A program made the position numbers and the translations under genes. DNA of 27,216 nucleotides from Antechinus flavipes (taxonomy: Eukaryota): assembly GCF_016432865.1 (NCBI RefSeq). It is one part of the record NC_067403.1 of this genome. One strand, given 5' to 3'. The notes under the pieces were generated by a model, which had not been told where the DNA came from, did no database searches, and saw nothing but the letters and a program-made list of their open reading frames with translations. Positions 10,911 through 19,473 of this stretch are shown here, piece after piece (position 1 is the stretch's first letter; each line of letters starts with the position of its first letter).

Positions 10911-11971
10911 TTTGCTAAAAGGCAACTGACCCACATCAGTCACCCTGGTGGCCACCTCTAGGCAGAGATGGCTAATCCCTTGGGTCATTGTATTTCCCTG
11001 GCTGTCTTCATCTCTGTACTTGGGACAAGTTGTCTTGAAAGCTACCCGGCCTCAGAAGCGCGCTCTCCCCAGCATATCCTGGAGCGATGGAGCTGTCCAG
11101 TTGGCTATTCGTGGCCAGAGCTACAATAGGATTCTCTGGGTTCCAGTCCAGGGTGATCCCATTTCTGTAGTGAGCCAAGACCAGGAGCAAAGCAGGGATT
11201 TCGAGCCATCAAAGCATTTGGCAGGAAAAGCTGAGCTCACACTTGAAAGTGATGTGGATTCAGTGGCTCCCAGCCAGCTTTGGTCTAGAGCTTTCTGGGT
11301 ATTGGGGTTAGCTTTGGCCCTCTCGAGAGCCGTCACCTACATTCAGAGCTGCCCTGGGTCTTGAGGTGAACCACACGGCCAGTAGTGGACCGACCTTCTA
11401 GCTCTGGCCCGGCCTCATTTGCAGGGAGTTCAAGGTATGGCGGCTCTTTCTGGAGCCTTCCAGTCTGCCATCTGCCCCATCTCAAATCTCAGTCTGAGCT
11501 GGGCCTCTTGGACTTATGTTCAGTTTGTTGTGGATGCCAAAGGATGCCAGGAGGTTAACCCCCCCCAGGAGGGGCACAGCTAGCCAGGCTCTAATACCTC
11601 CCCAGGGATGTTTTGATTCTTCAAGACTCCAGGAAGCTTTAAGGCTTCCATAGAGAGATCATCGCTCTCTAGAGAAGAAGACTACCGCCCTACCTCCATT
11701 TCTCCCCAGAGAGGGTCTGCCTGGCCGATGCCCCTGAAAGTGATTGGCCCCCGTTCTTCCCTCCTTCCTGATAAGGTGGTCAGGGAGAGATGGGGAGGTC
11801 TTCCCCCAGGAACCCTCTAAAACCATTCAAGGCAGGAGCCAGGCACTGCATGGCCTGTTCTGGCTATAAAAAGCCCTTTTTGGGGAAAAAAATCATAAAG
11901 GAAGAAACCAGCCAATCCCTCCGCGATGCCATCACCTCTTCTTGGTGAATTTTCGGGGAAGGAGTGGGCGG

Positions 11972-11985
11972 GTTGCCATGGCAAC
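11972..11985. promoter_or_regulatory. RFX X-box, perfect palindrome
   Basis: GTTGCCATGGCAAC. Confidence 0.75.
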
Positions 11986-12049
11986 AGATGCGAGCTCGGC
12001 TCCGTAAAGAAGGAACCTTGATATTTTTTTTCTTTCTCTCTCTTGGTTT

Positions 12050-12080
12050 TGTGTATGTGTGTGTGTATGTGTGTGCACAC
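12050..12080. repeat. (TG)n microsatellite
   Basis: Seen directly in the sequence. Confidence 0.9.
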
Positions 12081-12131
12081 TCCACGGATTTTTTTTAGAT
12101 CTAAAGAAACCCCTCCTCTCCCTGCAGCACC

Positions 12132-12141
12132 CCAAATATGG
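12132..12141. promoter_or_regulatory. CArG box (SRF)
   Basis: CCAAATATGG matches CC(W)6GG. Confidence 0.55.
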
Positions 12142-13079
12142 AGTGGTGGAAAACCACTCACTCCTGAAGGCCAGAGAACATTCGGGAGGGCTCCAGAAGG
12201 GAGGGAAGCCCCCTTCCTAGCGTGGGGGGGCCCTCCCCCCAAAGGGGTGCATGCACTGGGGAATGGGCACTTCCCAGAGGGCAGACGGCTAATTGTAGAA
12301 ATGGGATGGGGGGAGAGTGGAGCTGGGGAAGGGGCTGAAGGAAAGGCCTGGTGTGCAGGGGTGGGGTGATCAAGGAACACGGAAGACTGAGCCGGGGGGA
12401 GGGGGGCGAGAGAAACCGGGCTTGGTACTGCAAGGGCACGTTACATAAACAGAGTCAGACCGACAGAGCCAGCCAGACAGACAGACAGGCAGATCCACAT
12501 ATGCAGAAGCACACACAGCTCCCCACACAGCTAGCTGCAGGTCTGCGGAGACAGACCAGACCCTGGAGAAGAAACACAGAGACACAGGCAGGCCCACGGA
12601 AAACTACAGAGTTCCACGCACACAGACGCGGCCCCCCACAAAGAGAGCAGGCAGACCCACACGCAGACATGGACACACATGGAGTCCCCAAAGTGGATGC
12701 ACAGAGACACATGTAAACAAACGCAGGCGCCCAAAATGGCTCCGTGCACGGCCGAGCACACATTCACATGCGTGCCCCCGTCGCCCAGCTCCCACATCTC
12801 CGTGGCATATACATATTCCCCTATGTCAGCACTAAGAGGCTTGGTGGGTACGTGCAGACGTGTTTGTTTGTGCTATTTGTGTCTGCAGCTCAAGCACTGA
12901 GCCTTCCTTCCTCCTGGATCTCGTTTTTCCAGTCTCTCGTTCCCTTCTCCTAAGAGCTTCCTTTCCTACTGGTCTCACCCCTTTTTTCCCCGAAAAACTG
13001 GGGTCCCCGCTCCTCCAGCTCGCCTAGACCGAAGGCTTCCATCCCTCAGTCCATCCAGCGCTCTCCCTCCCAGCCCAGG

Positions 13080-13280
13080 AACGGGGGTGACTCAGCTGGG
13101 GCCAGGATGACTCACTGCGACAGTATTTTTAGCCCCGGCCAGGAGCTCTCTAGCAGTGCCAGCCGCCCCCCTCCTCCTGCCTGCTATTTCTGAACCGTCA
13201 CTGGTGATATAAATAGCTCCTCTCCCACGGCCTGAAGCTGCTTCCAGGTTATTTTTGGTTCTCAGAAGTTAAAAATAACT
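13080..13280. promoter_or_regulatory. NPAS4 upstream activity-type enhancer (AP-1 x2, MEF2-like x5, half-CRE, TATA-like)
   Basis: TGACTCA at 13088 and 13108. MEF2-like sites at 13123, 13184, 13207, 13249 and 13269 (TTAAAAATAA, perfect). CGTCA at 13196. About 3.1 kb upstream of the TATA box. Confidence 0.8.
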
Positions 13281-13396
13281 CGATGAAGGTGGGAGGCCGG
13301 GGGGCTGGGGGCCAGCCTGGGAAGGAGGGAGCTTGGGGTAACTAGATCTTCTTGCCTTGAACTAAAGTTGACTAGGTTGGTTCTACCTCTCCCCCC

Positions 13397-13397
<1 letters not shown>

Positions 13398-13431
<34 letters not shown>
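13398..13431. repeat. (CA)17 microsatellite
   Basis: Seen directly in the sequence. Confidence 0.95.
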
Positions 13432-13434
<3 letters not shown>

Positions 13435-13771
13435 TCTCTCAGGACCTATTGCCCTCCCAGACTCGGACATCCCACTCTCCCAATCCCACTTCCTTATTTC
13501 CCTTCCAGAATCCAGATAACCTGCCCCCCCCCCCAGTCCCCAAGTTTGACAGGCTGCAGAGGGAGATTCCCTGAAGGTGGTGGATTTCCTAGTGTTTACA
13601 AGGTGGTGTGGGGGAAGGAGGCAGAGGCAGGAGACTTGAATGGGGGCAGCCAGGAGGGGGAGCTGCACAGACAGAAAGGCAAGTACATAAATACAGAGAA
13701 ATAGGTAGAAATGTAGCAGGAGAGGGGCACTGGCTATTCACACTGGTTTCCTCAGAGAGAGCCGAGGGATC

Positions 13772-13792
13772 TTCAGCACCATGGAGAGTGGC
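13772..13792 (+). promoter_or_regulatory. RE1/NRSE (REST site)
   Basis: TTCAGCACCATGGAGAGTGGC versus consensus TTCAGCACCnnGGACAGCGCC. Confidence 0.8.
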
Positions 13793-15245
13793 AATGAGTC
13801 TCCTTCAGTGATCCTGCCAAACAACGCTGATGGGAAATCTGGGGGTTGAGGAACATTTCCTTCCGCCATGAAACAAGTCCTAGACTGCCCCCCCACTTCT
13901 CCCATCGTGTTTCTAGGCACATCTGGAGGGGAAAACAGGACAAAAAGGGGCCAGTGAGATCAGTTGGGAGAAGAGGCTGAGGCTGACAGAGGTCATGCAG
14001 AAAGATGGAGATGGAGGGGGCAAAAATGGTTGGGGTCACAGAGACACCAAATTTGCAGCGAACCTCCCACCTTCCATCCAAACACTGAGACGGAGAGCAG
14101 AGACAAAAAGACAGAAGTATCACACCTCCCCCTCCCCTCCCCAGTGGCCTTCCACCACTGACAGCCCCTGACAGCACCACTGGAGAAGAAAGAGGGACAG
14201 AGGTACCGATGAAGGCCTCAGAGAAAATGTAGAAAAGGATAAGAAACTTTCATTGGAACCCAGGATTCCTTAGTCCACCCATAGGTGGCCCCTGCTTCTT
14301 TGTACAACCCCTTCCCCCAGTACATGCTCTTCCCATGGGGCAGTACTGAGCGATACTCTTGCCTCAGTCCACTCCCCTAATTCCTGTCTTCAGAATGGGC
14401 ATCCAGATGATTGGATTTGCTCTTCACCAAACATCAGAGTTTACATCCCACCGCCTCCCCTTCCAAAAAAGGGGAGTGCAAAGAGAAAAAAAAGCTTCCT
14501 ATGTCTAGACTCTCGGACTACTTCCTCTTCCCCCACTTCCCAGGGAAAGGGTCTGCATTCAGCATCCTGACCTCCTCTTCCTTTCCAGATCTAGGGGACC
14601 CTACACCTTCACCCTCCCAGGCCCCTGGGGACAGAACCAATTTCACCTTGAGTGGGAGATACTGTGGTCTTCCTCATTCACCTCCACCCGGGACAGGGTC
14701 TTGCAGGGAGGGACAGAGATGGAGACAAAGCAAAGCTAAGACAGAGAGGTAGAAGGAGAGACCCAGACAAGAAAAAAAAGAGTCAGAAAAAATAAATAGA
14801 ATATGACAGGTACCAATTAATACAGAGAAACTGAGTGAGAAAAGGCCCAAAGAAGAGACAGAATGATCTCTCAAGAAAGACAGAGACATTACTGGGGGGA
14901 GGGGGTGGCTTGAGAAAGAAATGGAAGACAAAGACAGAGCCAGAGACTCAGACAGGCCAAGGGGATGAGATCAGAAGAGATTGGGAGACTGAGACAAGTG
15001 AGCTGGAGAGAGCTGGGAAAAGCTTGAGGGTTGGGGGGCTGTCTGGAAGCCAGTCGGACAGACAGACAGAGAGGAGAGGGACAAGCTGCGAGCAGGGAGA
15101 GCTCCCAGAGAGAACGGGGGCTCTTTTCTTTGCGCCTCGCCCCCAGAGGCCCAGCCGCTTGGGAAAGGGGGCGGGGGAGCCTTTAAAAGCAGAGAGCTGA
15201 AGCACACAGGCCCCGCCCCGCCTGCCGCGCCAGGAGGTTTCCTGC

Positions 15246-15255
15246 CCTAATATGG
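15246..15255. promoter_or_regulatory. CArG box / serum response element
   Basis: CCTAATATGG (reverse complement CCATATTAGG), next to an Ets core TTTCCTG. Confidence 0.7.
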
Positions 15256-15666
15256 AGTTGGGATTCCCCCAGCCCCGCCCCCGCCCCCCGCCCCCGGCCC
15301 AGTGAGGCAAGGGGAGGGTGAGGGAGGGGAGGAGAAGGGCGCAAAGATGCCAAGATTGAAGCTGGGGGAAGGGGGGGATTCCTCCGGGTGGGGGAGGAGG
15401 AGCCAGCACGGACTGGAGGCAGGGATGCTTGGGTCCCATTTCTGAACCTCTAGGGTTTCTTTCTTGTGCCTCAGTTTCCATTTTTCCTCCATACCCCCGG
15501 GAACTTGTTTCGCTCTGTCCAAGGTCTGGGGACCCTCTGCGTCCAGGGGGCCGGAGAAAATCGGGGGAAGGGGAGTGCAAAGAGAAACAATCCCATCCGT
15601 CAATCAGTGCATGGGCCCCCTTGGGGGAGGGGCCTAGGGAAGAGGGACAGGGGCTCTGAAAAGCGG

Positions 15667-15680
15667 CCTACAGGGGGCGC
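15667..15680 (+). promoter_or_regulatory. Candidate CTCF site
   Basis: CCTACAGGGGGCGC, two mismatches to CCASYAGRKGGCRS. Confidence 0.45.
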
Positions 15681-16099
15681 CAGAGAACAGGTGGGAATTC
15701 CTGCTCTGGGCAAGCGAGACCCCTGCATTCCCCCATCCCCTTCCCCTCCCGGGACACTGCTTGGGGCTAGGCAGGGGCTATGGGGTCGCCGCGCAGACTC
15801 TGGGATCTGGGAGACCGTCCCCTGGCCCACGAGGCCGAGAGCAGCAGAAGCCTGGACTGGAGCGTGGGATCAGAATCGGCGTTGGGTGGGGGGGGGGAGG
15901 CCAGGGGCCCGAGGGGGCCTCGCGCAACTGCCAGAATGGCCCTTCTTCGGTTTTCCGCAGGCCCTGCACTCCAGAGCCCCCAGTCTGGCTCCTGCACGGC
16001 GGCGCTGCGCCTTGGCTCGGTCCCCTCCAGGCTCGGCCCCCTCCTTTGCTTCTCTTCTCCCCCTGCACCACCCCCCGCAATCCCCCCTCCCTCTCTCGT

Positions 16100-16262
16100 T
16101 CTACGTCATGCGGATGACGTCGGAGGCTGGGGAGGGAGGAGGAGCGGGGGCCCCCCCAGCCGGCAGCTCCCCGTGCAGCCTGCTTGGCCCGGCCCCCCGC
16201 TCCTCCCGCCCCCCTCCCCGTCCCTGAATCGAGCCCCCCACGCCCGGCTGGGGCTATATAAA
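16100..16262 (+). promoter_or_regulatory. NPAS4: NPAS4 core promoter (two CREs, GC boxes, TATA)
   Basis: TACGTCA at 16102-16108, TGACGTCG at 16115-16122, TATATAAA at 16255-16262. TSS inferred near 16287. Confidence 0.8.
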
Positions 16263-16436
16263 GCGGAGCGAGACGGGCGAGGGGGGCAGAGCTGCCAATC
16301 GGAGCCGAGAGAGGGAGAGAGAGAGAGAGACCGAGAGAGACGGGGGAGAGAGAGGAGGAAGAAGCCGAAGAAGGCGCGTCGGGGCGGGTACCCAGGTGGC
16401 CGAGGCGCCCGGGCGCGAGCTCCGCCGCCAACAGCC

Positions 16437-16611
16437 ATGTACCGCTCCACCAAGGGCGCTTCCAAGGCGCGGCGGGACCAGATCAACGCGGAGATCCGGA
16501 GCCTCAAGGAGCTGCTGCCGCTGGCCGAAGCGGACAAGGTGCGGCTCTCGTACCTGCACATCATGTCGCTAGCCTGCATCTACACCCGCAAGGGAGTCTT
16601 CTTCGCCGGAG
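16437..16611 (+). CDS. NPAS4: NPAS4 exon 1 (bHLH)
   Basis: Encodes [21 protein letters not shown]...RKGVFFAG. Kozak gccATG; donor G|GTGAGC; 175 nt. Confidence 0.98.
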
Positions 16612-16779
16612 GTGAGCGAGCCGGGGCTGGCGGAGACTGGGGGGCTCCGGGGCTGGCACTCCAGGGACCCCCCAGGCTGGGAGAGGAGGAGACCGTTCGG
16701 GAGGGAGCCGAGCAGGGAAGGCACCGGGAGCGCCAGACTTTCTCCTTGGCTCCCCGAGACCTTCCGAGCCTTCCTCGGT

Positions 16780-16800
16780 GTCAGCACCCTGGACAGGGAA
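16780..16800 (+). promoter_or_regulatory. RE1/NRSE in NPAS4 intron 1
   Basis: GTCAGCACCCTGGACAGGGAA. Confidence 0.8.
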
Positions 16801-16896
16801 GCGCCGCCGGTCTAAGCTCCCGGCCACGGGGGCGCATCCCGTCAGGAGCTCCCTTTGGCCGGGAAGCCCGAGCAGATAGAGCCGCTTGGGAGCCGG

Positions 16897-16917
16897 AGCT
16901 CTGTCCGAGGTTCTGAA
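16897..16917 (-). promoter_or_regulatory. RE1/NRSE in NPAS4 intron 1
   Basis: Minus strand TTCAGAACCTCGGACAGAGCT. Confidence 0.7.
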
Positions 16918-16977
16918 GCTGCCGACAGCGCTCGGTCTTTGGGGGGTCTGAGCGCGGAACCGGGAAGCTCGGCTGCG

Positions 16978-16998
16978 GTTGCTGTCCGCGGTCCTTAA
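16978..16998 (-). promoter_or_regulatory. Weaker RE1/NRSE in NPAS4 intron 1
   Basis: Minus strand TTAAGGACCGCGGACAGCAAC. Confidence 0.55.
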
Positions 16999-17239
16999 GC
17001 CTGCCCGGCCCGAGCTTGCTCTCCCTGGCTGGGGCATCCCCGGATCCAATCAACAGGTCCCTCGGCCAAGAGATCGGGGAGTGGGGTCAACAGGTGGGCG
17101 CGACTCCCGGGGCTGATCCACTGGGATCCCTATGGATTCCCAAAGATCAACAGCTCGCTTCTCCCTCCAGCTAGCGTCTCCTCGTCTCCCGTCTTCTGGA
17201 GCGTCCCTCCCGACTCACCCTCTTTCTCTCTCCCAGCAG

Positions 17240-17391
17240 GCGCCCCTCTGACTGGCCCAGCCGGGCTGCTCTCGGCGCAGGAGCTGGAAGACATCGTGGC
17301 GGCGCTGCCCGGGTTCCTGCTCATGTTTACGGCCGAGGGGAAGCTCCTCTATCTGTCCGACAGCGTGAGCGAGCACTTGGGCCATTCCATG
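17240..17391 (+). CDS. NPAS4: NPAS4 exon 2 (PAS-A)
   Basis: Encodes (G)[54 protein letters not shown] flanks; 152 nt. Confidence 0.97.
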
Positions 17392-17887
17392 GTGAGCGCC
17401 TTGGAGGACGGGGCGCAAGGAGGTCCCAGGGGAAAGCCCTTCCCGGGCCAGAGCCAGCCTAGGACAGCCGGGGCAGGGAAGCGAGGGAGCGTCCATTTGC
17501 AACGTTCAGAGACTGGGAAATGGGATAATGTAGCTGAGAGAGAAGGGGAGCTTGAGTCAGACAGCGGGGACTAGTTAGTGGTACGTGACTTTAGTGAATG
17601 CAGAACTCCCCCTCGCGGGGCCAGGGTATCCACACCTTTGGCCGGAAGGCTTGGGCTAACCGAGCCTGCGGTCCTTTAGTTGTAGCTCTCGCTCCATTCT
17701 GAGTGGTACCCATGGTAATTACGTGCATCCATGGGACATGGGGTCGAGTGCCGGGGCTTAAGGAACTGGGAAGCCATAGCCGGGCATCACAGAGGAGCTG
17801 AGGCTCCCGGCGGCCCCGAGTGGCTGGGGGCCGTGCTTAGACTCTTCCTCCATTCGCTGATGGTCTTTCCTCCCCCTTTCTTCACAG

Positions 17888-17990
17888 GTGGATCTGGTTG
17901 CCCAGGGTGACAGCATCTACGATATCATTGATCCCGCCGACCACCTCACTGTCCGCCAGCAGTTGACTCTGCCCTCCCTGCCTGACACCG
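17888..17990 (+). CDS. NPAS4: NPAS4 exon 3
   Basis: Encodes [34 protein letters not shown]; 103 nt. Confidence 0.97.
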
Positions 17991-18106
17991 GTGAGTACTT
18001 TGCTTCTTGTTCTTTGCCTTCTCTTTCCTTGGCTGAGACTTTTTCCTTAAGCATTTCCTCTACAATAACACCCACTCACCCCACGACTCCCTTCTCTCTC
18101 ACTCAG

Positions 18107-18374
18107 ATCGCCTTTTCCGATGCCGATTCAATACTTCCAAGTCCCTGAGGCGCCAGAGCGCGGGCAACAAGCTCGTGCTCATCCGGGGCCGTTTTCATCC
18201 CCACCCCCCTGGAGCCTACTGGGCGGGGAACCCCGTCTTCACGGCCTTCTGCGCCCCTCTCGATCCCCGAGCCCGTCCCGGACCAGGCTGCGGCCCCGGG
18301 CTGGCCTCCATCTTCTTGGCCGTGTTTCAGAGCCGCCACGCCAAGGACCTCGCCCTGCTGGATGTCTCCGAGAG
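18107..18374 (+). CDS. NPAS4: NPAS4 exon 4
   Basis: Encodes (D)[29 protein letters not shown]...[10 protein letters not shown]; 268 nt. Confidence 0.97.
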
Positions 18375-18608
18375 GTGAGTTTGCCCTGCTTGGGGCAGGA
18401 GAAGTAAAACAGAGCTTCTGCTCTTGGGGATGGCACGTCTGCCCTGCAGGGATCATGGGAGAAGCAGGGGCTCGAAGGAGTAGAAGGCTGGGCTGTAGCA
18501 AAAGGAGTTGGCGTCCGGGAGGGAGCAAGCCGGGGTTCAAGGGCTCAGGATGCTTGGGTGCCATGATGGGGGAGCAGAAAGCTGACCTCCTGCCTTTGCC
18601 CTCTCTAG

Positions 18609-18718
18609 TGTCCTAGTCTACCTGGGCTTTGAGCGCAGCGAGCTGGTCTGTAAATCATGGTATGGACTTCTGCACCCCGAGGACCTGGCCCACGCCTCGG
18701 CCCAGCACTACCGCCTGC
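18609..18718 (+). CDS. NPAS4: NPAS4 exon 5 (PAS-B)
   Basis: Encodes (S)[36 protein letters not shown]; 110 nt. Confidence 0.97.
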
Positions 18719-19226
18719 GTGAGTGTCCCAGTGCATCCGTGGGGCAGGAGCAGACACGAGGGAGGCAGGGCCAGGACCAATCAGGGATAAGCGTGAGAGG
18801 GGAGGACCAGGTCAAGGTCCCGGAGAGCCTAGCAGGGAGCCCCCGAGGAAAGGCAGCGTGGGGCAGTGGGGAGTGCCGGATTTGGAGTCAGAGGCTGGGA
18901 CCTGAGGTCCACGGCCTCCACTTGCACCCAGTGACTTCGGCCCGGTTATTCGGGACCTCGGCTCCCCCGCCTGCAGAATGAGACCTCGATTGGTGACTGC
19001 GAAGGTCTCCTCTGACTCCAAATCTGTCAGTCCAGGACCTCGCGTGGCCAGTTCCCGGCAACCCTGGGAGTTAGAATTCCAGGGATGGGGTGTGTGTAGG
19101 GGTGGGAGTTGAGTGCAACCCCCCGGAGAGGTAGGCGAGCTTTAGGGTTAGAGCGGGCTGTTAGGGCGCTGGGCACGGCGGTGGCCAGCGGGCACCGGGC
19201 TAACCCTCGGGCTCCTCTTCCCCTAG

Positions 19227-19362
19227 TGGCTGACGGTGGTGATGTTCAGGCGGAAATGGTAGTGAGGCTGCAGGCCAAGGCCGGAGGCTGGGTATGGATC
19301 TACTCCCTGATGCACCCCGAGGGCTCCGATGGCCCCATCACTGCCAACAACTACCCGATCAG
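19227..19362 (+). CDS. NPAS4: NPAS4 exon 6 (PAS-B/PAC)
   Basis: Encodes (L)[44 protein letters not shown]; 136 nt. Confidence 0.97.
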
Positions 19363-19387
19363 GTGAGCCGGAGTCCCAGATCCGAGG

Positions 19388-19438
19388 GGGCAGGGGGGCC
19401 GCCTGTTGTCAGGGCAGGGGGGCCGCCTGTTGTCAGGG
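19388..19438. repeat. Perfect 24-bp tandem duplication in NPAS4 intron 6
   Basis: (GGGCAGGGGGGCCGCCTGTTGTCA)x2 plus GGG. Confidence 0.95.
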
Positions 19439-19473
19439 TGGGCTCCTCACCCCGCTTCTCTCCTTCCCCCCAG

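Noticed and set aside
11632-11671. Two adjacent small hairpins (6-bp and 7-bp stems)
   Set aside because: Stems this short are expected many times in 27 kb.
10040-11990. MHC-II-like X/Y enhanceosome (RFX plus NF-Y)
   Set aside because: CCAAT orientation or spacing relative to the X-boxes does not fit, and there is no X2 box.
15780-16916. 378-aa ORF suggesting a long NPAS4 N-terminal extension
   Set aside because: It spans the promoter/TATA and intron 1; only 16437-16611 matches NPAS4; GC-rich DNA is stop-poor.
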